A stretch of 48,005 nucleotides of DNA from Candidatus Korobacteraceae bacterium (GCA_049516475.1 JBEKTC010000004.1:1-48005); one strand, 5' to 3'; counted from the first letter of the stretch, positions 27,822 through 38,404 are shown. Notes: generated from the sequence alone by a model not told the origin. Numbers and translations: made by a program.

Positions 27822-27904
27822 CGCTGGTTCTTTGAATCTGCATTGCGTGGAAATTAGATTTTGGATCTCGATTTTCGAAGTTGCGGTGAGAAGATAGTCA
27901 AGCC

Positions 27905-28180
27905 TCGCTGCAAGTCCAGCCCGAAGGGCGGAACATTGTTAGCCCGGGGCGTAACAGTCTGTATGAGAACTAGGTTTGGTCTTCGGCGGTGGAGTATGAC
28001 ATACGAAAATAGAACCCCGAAGGGGTGGAACTGCAGTTAGCCCAGGACGGAGCGAAGCGGAGTCCAGGGTAGAGTGGAAAAAATAGCTGAGTCCCGTAGG
28101 GACGGCACGGTTCACACACACACAGAAGCGCTGGGTATGGGCTCATATAAAATCCGAGTCCCATAGGGACGGCACACATC
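27905..28180. repeat. Cluster of short GC-rich hairpin (REP-like) units
   Basis: gcccgaagggc, ccccgaagggg, gtcccgtagggac and gtcccatagggac hairpins. The unit ...cgaagggNggaac..ttagccc.gg occurs twice. An (ac)5 run lies at 28114-28123. Confidence 0.7.
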
Positions 28181-28212
28181 GGTTTTCCTTACTTGGAGAA
28201 AGGCGGCAACGG

Positions 28213-30270
28213 GTGAGTAGTCAAGCAGACATGTCTGTTCAAGGTAAAGAGCACGCGACAGCCCAGCAGCAACTCGAAAATCTTTGCATTAACACGATTC
28301 GTACGCTGGCGATGGATGCGGTGCAGAAAGCCAACAGCGGTCATCCCGGCACTCCCATGGCGCTGGCGCCGCTGGCTTTCGTGTTATGGGACCGTTTCCT
28401 CAGACACAATCCTCACGATTCGCATTGGCCGGGCCGCGATCGCTTCATTCTTTCCAACGGGCACGCCTGCATGCTGCTGTATGCCATGCTTCACCTCACC
28501 GGCTATGACCTCTCGCTCGACGACATCAAGCAATTTCGGCAGTGGGGATCGAAGACGCCGGGGCATCCTGAGTATCGCCATGTGCCGGGACTGGAAGTCA
28601 CAACCGGCCCGCTCGGACAGGGCGTGGCCAACTCGGTGGGAATGGCGATTGCCCAGCGCTGGCTGGCCGCGAAGTTCCACAAGGACGACTACACTCCCTT
28701 CGACTACCGCATCTACGCGTTCTGCGGCGATGGCGACCTGATGGAAGGCGTCAGCAACGAGGCAGCTTCGGTCGCCGGACATCTCGGGCTGTCGAACCTG
28801 ATCTGGTTCTACGACAACAACCACATCACCATCGAAGGCCACACCTCGCTGGCATTCACCGACGATGTCGCCACGCGCTTCCTTGGCTGGCACTGGAATA
28901 TCCTGCACGTCACGGATGTCAACGATCTCGGACTGGTCGATGTCGCCATCAAGGCCGCACAGAGAGAGCCGGATCGACCATCGCTCATCATCTGCGATTC
29001 GCATATTGGGTGGGGTTCTCCCGATCGTCAAGACACCAAGGAAGCCCACGGCGAGGCACTGGGGGTAGAAGAAGTTCGCCTGACGAAAATTGTCTACGGC
29101 TGGCCGCCCGATGCGCAGTTCCTCGTTCCCGATGAAGTGCAGGCCTACATGAGCAAGGCGGTCGAGCGCGGCGCAAAGTGGGAGCAGGAGTGGGACGGAA
29201 AATATCAAACATGGGCAGCCCAGAATCCCGATCCCGCCAGGATGTGGCAGCAGATGTCCAACCAGGAGCTACCCGCCGGCTGGGACAAAGACATTCCGAC
29301 GTTTCCCGCTGACGCGAAGGGTATCGCCACGCGTGACTCGAGTGCAAAAGTAGAGAACGCCGTCGCTGCAAGAGTCCCCTGGCTTATCGGCGGCGCAGCC
29401 GATCTCTATCCCTCGACCAAGACCCTCATCAAGGACGGCGGCGACTTCGAGAAGGACGACCACTCCGGCCGTAACTTCCACTTCGGCATCCGCGAGCACG
29501 CCATGGGCTCAATCCTGAGTGGCATGGCGCTCTCCTGTGTGCGGCCCTTTGGAGCGACGTTCTTCATCTTCTCCGATTACATGCGGCCAGCGATTCGCCT
29601 TGCTGCGATGATGGAGCTGCCGGTCATTTACATCTACACTCACGACTCCATCGGTCTCGGCGAGGACGGTCCCACTCACCAGCCAATTGAGCAACTCATG
29701 TCGTTGCGGGCCATGCCCCGAATGATGACTATCCGTCCCGCCGACGCAAACGAGGTTGCCGAAACCTGGCGCGTCATCATGCCGATGAAGGACCAGCCAG
29801 TGGCGCTCGTTCTCACTCGCCAGGGTGTGCCGACCTTCGATCGGACTAAGTACGCCTCGGCCGCGGGAGTGGCGAAAGGCGCCTACATTCTGGCTGACTC
29901 TGGCGGCACGCCGGACATCATCCTGATGGGAACTGGCTCCGAGGTACAGCTTTGCGTGGGAGCATACGAGCAGCTCACCGCCGAAGGCGTGAAGGCACGC
30001 GTCGTCTCCATGCCGTGTTGGGAGCTGTTCGAAAAGCAGCCCGCCGAATACAAGGCCCAAGTTTTTCCTGCTGCGGTAAAGGCACGGGTGTCGGTGGAAG
30101 CCGGCGCCAGTCTTGGCTGGAGCAAATACGTTGGCCTCAGTGGTTATAGTGTCGCCCATGACGACTTCGGAGCGTCAGCCCCGTACAAGGTGATCATGGA
30201 GCACTTTGGCTTCACCGTTGAGAACGTCGTCGCCAAGGCTCGCGAAGTGCTAAAGAAAACAAAACCGTAA
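28213..30270 (+). CDS. tkt: Transketolase
   Basis: SGHPGTPMALAP, the GDGDLMEG ThDP motif and a FGIREHAMG block. 685 aa. The start is either 28213 (GTG) or 28231 (ATG). Confidence 0.92.
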   Translation: MSSQADMSVQGKEHATAQQQLENLCINTIRTLAMDAVQKANSGHPGTPMALAPLAFVLWDRFLRHNPHDSHWPGRDRFILSNGHACMLLYAMLHLTGYDLSLDDIKQFRQWGSKTPGHPEYRHVPGLEVTTGPLGQGVANSVGMAIAQRWLAAKFHKDDYTPFDYRIYAFCGDGDLMEGVSNEAASVAGHLGLSNLIWFYDNNHITIEGHTSLAFTDDVATRFLGWHWNILHVTDVNDLGLVDVAIKAAQREPDRPSLIICDSHIGWGSPDRQDTKEAHGEALGVEEVRLTKIVYGWPPDAQFLVPDEVQAYMSKAVERGAKWEQEWDGKYQTWAAQNPDPARMWQQMSNQELPAGWDKDIPTFPADAKGIATRDSSAKVENAVAARVPWLIGGAADLYPSTKTLIKDGGDFEKDDHSGRNFHFGIREHAMGSILSGMALSCVRPFGATFFIFSDYMRPAIRLAAMMELPVIYIYTHDSIGLGEDGPTHQPIEQLMSLRAMPRMMTIRPADANEVAETWRVIMPMKDQPVALVLTRQGVPTFDRTKYASAAGVAKGAYILADSGGTPDIILMGTGSEVQLCVGAYEQLTAEGVKARVVSMPCWELFEKQPAEYKAQVFPAAVKARVSVEAGASLGWSKYVGLSGYSVAHDDFGASAPYKVIMEHFGFTVENVVAKAREVLKKTKP

Positions 30271-30377
30271 CCATTCAGGCTTACAATTGAGGAGGTTCCC
30301 TGGCGCCGGCACTGCGTGTCGGCGCTGTGCTATCTGAGAAGAACAAAGCGCCCGCGCGGGGGCGCGGGGAGGTACTC

Positions 30378-32171
30378 ATGGGCAGCATTCCTTTGTCAGA
30401 GACCCGGCCGAATGAAGTCACGAACAGCATTCTTGCGCGACATACAGTGTCACTCGGCAACTACGAGGTTGACTTTCGCAACGCACTGGAGCGCCTTGAG
30501 CGAGATCAATCTGTATCGCGACTATGGAAGAAGGATTTCACTCTCTGGAAGAGCGAGCCGGAGCGCGAGGCGAGTATCGCCAACTCCCTCGGCTGGTTGA
30601 CTATTGCCGAAGCCATGCAGCCCCACCTCGCGGAACTTGATACCTTCACCCAGGAAGTCAAGAATGCCGGATTCGAATTCGCTGTGGTCCTGGGCATGGG
30701 CGGCCCCAGTTTGTGTCCGGAGATACTGACCCGCGCCTTCGGCAAGCAGGAAGGTTATCCGCAGCTCTACGTTCTCGACTCCACTGTACCGACGGCGATT
30801 CGTCACCTTGAGCAGAAGATTAACATCGGCAATACGCTCTTCATCGTTTCATCGAAATCGAGCACGACCACCGAGCCGCAAATGTTTCACCGCTATTTCC
30901 GGGATCGCGTGAAGCGCGTCAAGGGTGATGCCTCCGGAGAAAACTTCGTCGCCATCACTGATCCCGGAAGCCAGCTTGCCAAGGACGCCGTTCACGGTCA
31001 CTTTCGCCGCATTTTTCTCGACCTGCCGAACATTGGCGGGCGCTACTCGGCGCTCTCGTACTTCGGGCTGGTGCCTTTCGCCTTGATGGGCGGTGACGTG
31101 AAGGCGCTGCTTGACACGGCGAGACAAGCGGCCCAGGCCTGCGCCGATTCAGTGCCGGCAAATGACAACCCCGGCGCGCGGCTGGGAGCATTACTGGGCG
31201 CGCTCGCCGGCGCTGGACGCAATAAGCTGACACTCATCACGCCTCCGCCATTGGCCGCGCTTGGCCTGTGGATCGAACATTTGGTTGCCGAGAGCACCGG
31301 CAAGGAAGGCAAGGGCATCATCCCAGTCGTTGGCGAGCCGCTAGGCGCGCCCACGGTTTACGGCGACGATCGTGTTTTTGCCTACATCCATACACCGGCG
31401 GCAAACAACGCGGACATGGAATCGAAGCTCGCCGCTCTCCAAGCCGCCGGACATCCCGTACTGCTCCACACGCTTCGCAACCCGCTCGATCTTGGTGAGG
31501 AGTTTTTCCTGTGGGAGTTCGCGACCGCCGTTGCCGGATCCCTGCTCGGTGTCGATCCCTTCGACCAGCCGGACGTTCAGGAGTCCAAAGACTACATCGT
31601 GCGTGTCCTGGCGGAGTACGCGCAGAATGGGGCTCTGCCGCAGCAAAAGCTGGTCGTCGCGGAAACCTCGCTGCGTGTCTTTGGCGACGCCGAAAACTGT
31701 GAGGTCCTGCGCCGCGGCGGCTCATCGCTACAGGCAATGCTGATGACCCATCTCGCCCGGCTGAATCCCGGAGACTATCTCGCCGTCACGCCATTCATCG
31801 AGGAACTGAACAACTACGAAGCTCTCTTGCAGGAGATTCGCCTTGCCATCCGCGATCACAAGAAGGTCGCGATCACCACGGGCTACGGCCCACGGTTTTC
31901 GCATTCTACCGGACAGATGCACAAAGGCGGCCCGGATAGTTGCGTCTTCCTGCAACTGACCTCGGAAGACATCAACGACATCGAAGTGCCTGGCGAAAAG
32001 TTCAGCTTTGGCGTATTGAAGCAGGCACAGGCGCTGGGCGATTTCGAGTCCTGGACGAACCATCATCGCCGCGCCATCCGCGTTGACTTGGGACGTGACA
32101 TCGAGAAAGGGTTGCGCCGCCTGCTCGCATTGGTGAAGGAATCCGTCGCACAGCCGCCGCGGTCCCTGTGA
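30378..32171 (+). CDS. pgi: Glucose-6-phosphate isomerase
   Basis: SKSSTTTEP (the SKSGTT.E motif) and GGRYS. ATG at 30378 with GGAGG 6 nt upstream. No transaldolase domain is attached. Confidence 0.8.
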   Translation: MGSIPLSETRPNEVTNSILARHTVSLGNYEVDFRNALERLERDQSVSRLWKKDFTLWKSEPEREASIANSLGWLTIAEAMQPHLAELDTFTQEVKNAGFEFAVVLGMGGPSLCPEILTRAFGKQEGYPQLYVLDSTVPTAIRHLEQKINIGNTLFIVSSKSSTTTEPQMFHRYFRDRVKRVKGDASGENFVAITDPGSQLAKDAVHGHFRRIFLDLPNIGGRYSALSYFGLVPFALMGGDVKALLDTARQAAQACADSVPANDNPGARLGALLGALAGAGRNKLTLITPPPLAALGLWIEHLVAESTGKEGKGIIPVVGEPLGAPTVYGDDRVFAYIHTPAANNADMESKLAALQAAGHPVLLHTLRNPLDLGEEFFLWEFATAVAGSLLGVDPFDQPDVQESKDYIVRVLAEYAQNGALPQQKLVVAETSLRVFGDAENCEVLRRGGSSLQAMLMTHLARLNPGDYLAVTPFIEELNNYEALLQEIRLAIRDHKKVAITTGYGPRFSHSTGQMHKGGPDSCVFLQLTSEDINDIEVPGEKFSFGVLKQAQALGDFESWTNHHRRAIRVDLGRDIEKGLRRLLALVKESVAQPPRSL

Positions 32172-32248
32172 ACAAGTGACACCGCCGGCGAATCCTTTCA
32201 CCCCTGCCGGCATCTGCCAATGAGCGAACCCGCGTTGGAGCCGATCGC

Positions 32249-33805
32249 ATGACCACTCTTGTACAGCCCACGCCGCTTAAAGTCGAAACTCCTCATCTGC
32301 CGCAAGGCGATTCCTGTCTGGTCGTAATCTTCGGAGGCTCGGGCGATCTTACCCGGCGCAAATTGATTCCAGCTCTGTACGATCTGGCGTGCGTCGGCTG
32401 CACCAGCCGCAATTTCGAAGTTCTCGGCATCGGCCGCTCAAAATTTGACGACGAAGAGTATCGCTCACGCCTGCGCGAAGGCGCCGCCAACTCCAAAGAC
32501 GCTCGCAATTTCACCGACCAGGGCTGGGACGACTTTGCTCAGCGCCTGCATTATCTCGTCGGTGACGCCAACCGCCGCGACTTCTATCCCCTCTTGAAGG
32601 CGAAGATCGAGGAGATGCAGAAGAACGGCGCCAGCAAAAACGTGATGTTCTACGTTTCGACGCCCGCCTCGCTCGCGCCGCCAATTGTTGAAGGCCTCGG
32701 CGAAGCCGGACTGGCCCGCAACCGTGAAGGCTGGACGCGCGTCATCCTGGAAAAGCCCTTTGGCCGCGACCTTAAGAGCGCGCAAGAGCTGAACGAAATT
32801 GTCTCGCACGTCTTCGACGAGCGCTCGGTGTACCGCATCGACCATTATCTGGGCAAAGAGACGGTGCAGAACATCATGATGTTCCGCTTCGGCAACTCCA
32901 TGTTTGAGCCAGTGTGGAACCGCAATTACATCGAGTACATCGAGATCACGGCAGCGGAAACGCTGGGCGTGGAAGGCCGCGGCGCGTTCTACGAAGAGAC
33001 CGGAGCGCTGCGCGACATGGTCGCCAACCACATGCTCCAGTTGCTGATGCTGACTGCGATGGAGCCGCCGGTCAGTTTCGACGCCGACGCCGTGCGGGGT
33101 CACAAAGTGGATGTGCTAAGCGCCATCGCTCCCATGTCCAAAGAACAAGTGGCGAAGCGTACCGCTCGCGGCCAGTACGGCCCGGGCCAGATCGACGGTA
33201 AACCTGTTCCGGGATATCGCCAAGAACCGGGCGTCAATCCCAACTCACAAACTGAAACTTACGCTGCGGTAGAATTCCATATCGACAACTGGCGCTGGGC
33301 GGGAGTTCCCTTCTACATTCGCGCCGGCAAGCGGCTGGCCAAGCCGGTGACCGAGATTGCGGTGCATTTCAAGCGCACGCCGCAGGCATTGTTTTCGCGC
33401 AATCCTGACGATGTGCATCACAACGTCATCACTCTGCGCATTCAGCCCAACGAGGGCATCGCGCTCAGCTTCGGCGTCAAGCAGCCGGGCCAGGAGATGC
33501 GCGCCATTCGCGTGGACATGGACTTCTCCTACCGTGAGGCCTTTGGGACGGAAACGCCCGCTGCTTACGAGACACTGCTGCTGGACGCGATGCGCGGCGA
33601 CCCAACGTTGTTCACCCGCCGCGATGAGGTGGAAGCGGAGTGGCGCATCATCACGCCCATTGAAGAAGCCTGGGCCCAGCTTCCGCCGCCGCAATTTCCC
33701 AACTACCCTGCCGGTAGCGAAGGACCGGAAGCCGCCAACAGCCTCATCCAGTACGATCACCTGCGCTGGCGCTCTTTGCAGGGCCAGGATGGACATGGTT
33801 CGTAG
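32249..33805 (+). CDS. zwf: Glucose-6-phosphate 1-dehydrogenase
   Basis: NADP motif VIFGGSGDLTRRKL. Active-site block RIDHYLGKE. EKPFG. 518 aa. Confidence 0.93.
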   Translation: MTTLVQPTPLKVETPHLPQGDSCLVVIFGGSGDLTRRKLIPALYDLACVGCTSRNFEVLGIGRSKFDDEEYRSRLREGAANSKDARNFTDQGWDDFAQRLHYLVGDANRRDFYPLLKAKIEEMQKNGASKNVMFYVSTPASLAPPIVEGLGEAGLARNREGWTRVILEKPFGRDLKSAQELNEIVSHVFDERSVYRIDHYLGKETVQNIMMFRFGNSMFEPVWNRNYIEYIEITAAETLGVEGRGAFYEETGALRDMVANHMLQLLMLTAMEPPVSFDADAVRGHKVDVLSAIAPMSKEQVAKRTARGQYGPGQIDGKPVPGYRQEPGVNPNSQTETYAAVEFHIDNWRWAGVPFYIRAGKRLAKPVTEIAVHFKRTPQALFSRNPDDVHHNVITLRIQPNEGIALSFGVKQPGQEMRAIRVDMDFSYREAFGTETPAAYETLLLDAMRGDPTLFTRRDEVEAEWRIITPIEEAWAQLPPPQFPNYPAGSEGPEAANSLIQYDHLRWRSLQGQDGHGS

Positions 33806-33833
33806 TTTTATTTTTCGTTTGAGGTAGTGGACC

Positions 33834-33853
33834 CTGTGCAGAAAACTGCACAG
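33834..33853. terminator. Perfect 8-bp hairpin between convergent zwf and the downstream minus-strand gene
   Basis: ctgtgcag-aaaa-ctgcacag. A T-rich stretch lies upstream, but there is no clean U-tract immediately after the stem. Confidence 0.3.
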
Positions 33854-33900
33854 CGTGCATAGACGGAAACATCGTGCGTGCGATAACGCGTCCCGCCGTC

Positions 33901-34803
33901 TCAAGATCTACCTAACACCTTCGCCAAACTCCTGCGGTTCCTGACCGGCAGCAGCTTCAAAGCTGCGCTGGCCAGCGCGACGTACACGGCCTTCGCCTCC
34001 GGCAACTTCTTGAGTTCGGCCAGATGCTTGCGTACGGTCTCCACGTCCCCGCGGACGAGCGGCCCACTGAAAGCGGAAGCCGCATCGTGCTTCAGGTGGT
34101 TGCGCAGCGTCTGCCACAGCAGCGGCGCCATCATCCGCTTGATGTCCGTTTTGCGGATACCTGCCGCCAGCGCTACCTGCTCCAGCGAGGCCATCATCGC
34201 GATCACCAGCGGCGAGGCGAAACTTCCAAAGACGTGGTACAAGACCTTGTTCTGTTTCTTGATAACGAAGGCGTCTCCGCCCAGATTCTTAACGATGGAT
34301 CTGGCAGCCCGCACCGCCGCCGCATCTCCTTCAACCGCGAAAGCCACGCCCGCCATCTCCGGCACGGCGCCGCGAACGAAGGTCATCATGGGATGCACGG
34401 ATGCAACGCGCGCGCCCTTGTCTCGCAAGGAAGCAAGCTCGTCACTGGTGAGAGCTCCGCTGGAGTGAAATACAATCTTGCCCTTCCAATCCTGAGATTG
34501 TGCGAGTACGCGGGCCACCCCTGCAATTGCATCGTCGGGGACTGTAATCCAAACGATCTCGGTATCGAGCGGTTGCTTTCCTATCTCGACCATGCGCGCC
34601 TTAATTCGGCGTGCCAGCGCCCTCGTTTGACGCGCTCCACTTCTCTTCTCTCGTACAGCAAGGAATCGCACGTCGAAGCCTGCCGGGGGCAGAGTCAGGG
34701 CCAGTGCGCTGCCCAGACTTCCCGGGCCGACAATGCTGATCGCGGGACGGCTATTCGAAGACAGTGATTTGGACACGGCGGGCAGAATAGCAGATTTCGC
34801 CAT
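33901..34803 (-). CDS. Rossmann-fold NAD(P)-binding protein, DUF2520/ProC-like family
   Basis: N-terminal ISIVGPGSLGSALALTL dinucleotide-binding motif. 300 aa. The C-terminal helical domain resembles DUF2520 proteins, from memory. Confidence 0.55.
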   Translation of the reverse strand: MAKSAILPAVSKSLSSNSRPAISIVGPGSLGSALALTLPPAGFDVRFLAVREKRSGARQTRALARRIKARMVEIGKQPLDTEIVWITVPDDAIAGVARVLAQSQDWKGKIVFHSSGALTSDELASLRDKGARVASVHPMMTFVRGAVPEMAGVAFAVEGDAAAVRAARSIVKNLGGDAFVIKKQNKVLYHVFGSFASPLVIAMMASLEQVALAAGIRKTDIKRMMAPLLWQTLRNHLKHDAASAFSGPLVRGDVETVRKHLAELKKLPEAKAVYVALASAALKLLPVRNRRSLAKVLGRS

Positions 34804-34908
34804 TCCAGATGCAGCGGTATATCGACCAGAAGGAAAGGGGATGCAACTTGGGCTCGGGTCAAAGAGCTCGTGGCCGACCCTCGCATGCCATTTACAATAC
34901 CGTCTAAC

Positions 34909-35922
34909 ATGACGTCGAGGCTCCGCCTATACTCCGCCCCCATTCTCGCGCTGCTTCTGATCGCTGCTTTCAGTGCTGGTTGCAGTCAACAGCAGCAAAA
35001 GCCCTCCGAAGCCATAGGTACGGACAAGCCGTCGTCCGAGACCAGCAGATCAGCGGCGACTCAACCCGCCGCTTCACCGGCGAATCGCGCGGACCTAGGC
35101 TCGCAGCCAAACATTAACGGCAATCAGGTCATGCAGTGTGTGAAGGAAGTGGTCGCATTCGGCCCACGTCCGCCGGGGAGTGCTGGACACGAGAAGCTGG
35201 AGCAGTACATCGTCTCCAAGCTGAAGGGTGTGGATGTGGAGCAGGACAAGTTCACGGCGCAGACGCCCGCCGGTCAGTTTCCCATCAACAACATCATCGC
35301 GAAATTTTCCGGCAAGAAGGACGGCATCATTGTCGTCGCGGGACACTACGACACCAACTATCCATTGCCAAAGACCTACGTCGGCGCGAATGACGGCGGT
35401 TCCACGACCGCCCTGCTCCTCGCTTTGGCCGATCACTTTCGCGGCAAACAGCTTGATGGCTACAGCGTATGGCTGGTGTGGACCGACGGTGAAGAGGCGT
35501 TCGTGAAGTGGACCGACACGGACAGCCTCTACGGTACGCGACAGCTCGCGCACCAGTGGCAGCAGGATGGCACGGCGAAGAAGGTGAGAGCCTTCATCCT
35601 GGTTGACATGATTGGCGACGACGATCTCGATATCCAGCGCGATACCAACTCCACGCCCTGGCTGACCGACGTGGTATCCCAGGCGGCTACCGATCTGGGC
35701 TACCAGTCACACTTTTTTCAGCAGACCATTGCCATCGAGGACGACCATATTCCATTTGCCAAGATCGGCGTGCCCGTGGTGGACCTGATCGACTTTGACT
35801 ACGGCTACAACAATGTCTTCCATCACACGCCCGAAGATACGATCGATAAGCTCAGTCCACAATCGCTGGCAATCACCGGCGACGTGGTGCTGCGAACGAT
35901 ACAGCTGCTGAATGCAAGGTAG
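34909..35922 (+). CDS. M28-family metallopeptidase lipoprotein (aminopeptidase/glutaminyl-cyclase-like)
   Basis: Lipobox LLLIAAFSAGC. Metal-ligand blocks VVAGHYDT, GANDGGSTTALLLALA, VWTDGEE, VDMIGD and FHHTPEDT. Confidence 0.8.
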   Translation: MTSRLRLYSAPILALLLIAAFSAGCSQQQQKPSEAIGTDKPSSETSRSAATQPAASPANRADLGSQPNINGNQVMQCVKEVVAFGPRPPGSAGHEKLEQYIVSKLKGVDVEQDKFTAQTPAGQFPINNIIAKFSGKKDGIIVVAGHYDTNYPLPKTYVGANDGGSTTALLLALADHFRGKQLDGYSVWLVWTDGEEAFVKWTDTDSLYGTRQLAHQWQQDGTAKKVRAFILVDMIGDDDLDIQRDTNSTPWLTDVVSQAATDLGYQSHFFQQTIAIEDDHIPFAKIGVPVVDLIDFDYGYNNVFHHTPEDTIDKLSPQSLAITGDVVLRTIQLLNAR

Positions 35923-36105
35923 ATTCGCACGAAGGATGTTCCGCCGTTGCAGCCTCCTCCAGCTTGCTCGCAATTCGGTTTGGGTGGAGCACCGCTTCAG
36001 CTTTGCATTTAGGGTCTTACAATCAGACGGCCGCTGAGGTAACAAACCTTACCTCAGGCGCTAAAGCGCACCTGATCATCTCACTCGTCGATGCACGCCT
36101 GGAAG

Positions 36106-36295
36106 AGGCTGCGGAAAAAGTCGAAGCAGGGCCCGGTGCCGCCGGCTAAAGCCGGCTCGGGAAGAAAAATAAAAATGGTGTATCGGCACGACTGAAGTCG
36201 TGCCCTGACACAAAGCACTCCAAAAGCGACTTTTTCAGGGCCTGTAAAGTCGTGCCCTGTTACAAAGCGTTCAAAGCGGACTTTTTCAGCGGCCT
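36106..36295. repeat. MITE-like element with terminal inverted repeats, upstream of fur
   Basis: The left end aggctgcggaaaaagtcgaag is an inverted match to the right end gcggactttttcagcggcct. An internal hairpin ggcacgac-tgaa-gtcgtgcc is followed by ctgacacaaagc. Confidence 0.65.
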
Positions 36296-36426
36296 GTGAA
36301 AGGCGTGCTCCACCCCGCCGCACTGAGAGCCCTTATTAATCCAAAACCCCGGCCCGTCGGCCAGTGTTATGCTGGTAACAACTAGCTTGCAACAGCGAAC
36401 GAGGGCTCCATTCGGAGCACTTGCCT

Positions 36427-36918
36427 ATGCTCCAGAAACGAATCGACGATCAGCCGACAATCTCGCGCCAGATGGGGCGCGAGGCTGAAGCCGTGTTTCA
36501 CGACCATCTGAAAAAAGTGGGCTTGAAACGCACCGGACAGCGGGATACCATCCTGCGGGCGTTTCTCGATACCCGCGACCATCTTTCCACCGACGAGCTC
36601 TACCGGCTGGTGAAGAAAAAGGACGAGGGCATCGGGTTCACCACGGTCTACCGCACGCTGAAGCTGCTGGCGGAGTGCGGCCTGGCAAGCGAAGTAGCGT
36701 TCAACGACGGGGTCGCGCGGTACGAGCACCAGTACCAGCGGCGAAATCACCATCACATGGTGTGCACCGAGTGTGGCAGTTCGGTGGAGTTCTTCTCTGC
36801 CGATATCGAACGTATCGAGCAGGCAGTAGGCCGCAAGAACAAGTATCTCCCCACGCGCCATACTTTCCAGATCTATGGCATCTGCGAGAAGTGCCAGAAG
36901 AAGCCGAAGCGAGCGTAG
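36427..36918 (+). CDS. fur: Fur-family metal-responsive transcriptional regulator
   Basis: Winged-helix N-terminus (TGQRDTILRAFL...). HHHMVCTECG and CEKC metal-site motifs. About 163 aa. Confidence 0.85.
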   Translation: MLQKRIDDQPTISRQMGREAEAVFHDHLKKVGLKRTGQRDTILRAFLDTRDHLSTDELYRLVKKKDEGIGFTTVYRTLKLLAECGLASEVAFNDGVARYEHQYQRRNHHHMVCTECGSSVEFFSADIERIEQAVGRKNKYLPTRHTFQIYGICEKCQKKPKRA

Positions 36919-36960
36919 TAACCATTTCACTGATCGCCCTGGTACAGGGCATGGCCCCAC

Positions 36961-37100
36961 AGGCTGCTGAAAAAGTCGGAATAGCAGATCTCTCGCGGGC
37001 TGAAGCCCGCTCGTGAATCACAAATAAACTGCTTATCGGCACGACTAAAAGTCGTGCCCTGACACAAAGCGATCAAAGCGGACTTTTTTCCGCAGCCCTG
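36961..37100. repeat. Second copy of the MITE-like element, downstream of fur
   Basis: Left end aggctgctgaaaaagtcggaa. Internal tatcggcacgactaaaagtcgtgccctgacacaaagc, near-identical to 36181-36216. Right end gcggacttttttccgcagccctg. Confidence 0.65.
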
Positions 37101-37149
37101 TTCAGCTGTGCCCTGATACAACCCAGGCCTGATTCGTCAAACGGCTCGA

Positions 37150-38404
37150 GTGCTACCATTCTCTGCGATGCTCACCCTCACCGAAGCAGCGGAACAGATT
37201 CGTGCCCGCCGTCTGTCTCCCGTGGAACTGACGCGTGAGTGCCTGGCGCGCATCGATCGGCTCAATCCTCTTCTTAATGCGTTTATCGCCGTCACTGCCG
37301 ATCTCGCGCTGGAGCAGGCTCACCAGGCCGAATCCGAAATAAGCGCGGGAAATTATCGCGGACCGCTCCACGGCATCCCCATCGGACTGAAAGACCTCTT
37401 CGACACCGCGGGCGTGCGGACCACGGCAGCCAGCAACCAGTATCGCGACCGAATACCAACGGAAGACGCCGAGGTCGTTCGGCGATTGAAGCAAGCCGGG
37501 GCCGTCATCGTCGGCAAGCTTAATCTGCATGAGTTCGCCTTCGGCATCAGCGGCGTTGTAAGCGCCTTTGGGCCGACGAAAAATCCCTGGAACCTGGAGC
37601 GGATCTCGGGCGGGACATCGCCCCAGCGCCGGTTTGATCAGCATCAAGGGAGTGGTGCCGCTGTCGACTTCGTTCGATACGGCCGGTCCCTTGGCGGCCA
37701 CGGTGCGCGACGCAGCCACTTTGATTGATGTTCTCTCTGATCAGTCCGTTTATGCACGGTCTCTGGAGGAGGATGTTTCCGATCTGAAGGTCGGTATTCC
37801 CCGCAAGGCTCTGTTCGACGATCTTCATCCCGATGTAACTTCGTGCCTTGAAGCCGCGATACAGGTAGTCGGGAAGCTGACCTCGCGGGTTCGCGAGGTG
37901 GACATCGCAGTCGATGGCTTCCGCACCATCTTTGACGCGGAGATTTATGAGTATCACGAAGCGATGGTGAGCAACAGTCCGCAGCTCTACGATCCGAGGA
38001 CTTTGTACCGTATCCAGAGATGCGCGGGAATCACTGCCAGCCAATATATTCGCGAGCGGCAGCGACTGGCTGAGTTTCGCCGCGCCGCTGAGCGAATCTT
38101 CGAACAGGTGGATGTGGTCATCTCGCCGACCATCCCGGTTCCGGCGCCGAAGATCGCCGAGGTGGAGGCGCTGGCGGTGCCAGATGTGCGGCCCTTCGAG
38201 GTGAAGAATCTACTGCGTAACACGTCGCCGTTTAGCGTGATGTTTTGGCCCACCACGTCAGTTCCCTGCGGCTTCACACGCGACGGGCTGCCAGTCGGAA
38301 TGCAGATTTCCAGTCGCCCGGGAGGGGATGGGATTTGCTTGCGACTGGCTCATGCGTACGAGCAGGCAATGGAGTGGCGTAAGAAACCAGCAATTAGCAA
38401 TTAG
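37150..38404 (+). pseudogene. Amidase-signature family amidase (GatA-like), disrupted by a frameshift and internal deletion
   Basis: ORF 37150..37728 carries GIPIGLKDLF...GKLNLHEFAFG...NPWNLERISGG and then leaves the family. ORF 37568..38404, in the +1 frame, resumes at ...RPSAGLISIKGVVPLSTSFDTAGPLAATVRDAA. The canonical GGSSGGS...GTDTGGSIR segment between them is missing. Confidence 0.75.

Noticed and set aside
28384-29208. 274-aa ORF antisense to transketolase
   Set aside because: A shadow ORF. The plus frame contains the ThDP-binding GDG motif and full-length transketolase blocks.
30327-32171. Possible bifunctional transaldolase/phosphoglucose isomerase
   Set aside because: The length (~600 aa) and sequence cover only the PGI portion, and no transaldolase motifs lie upstream. 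The extra 17 N-terminal codons of the ORF precede a good SD/ATG at 30378.
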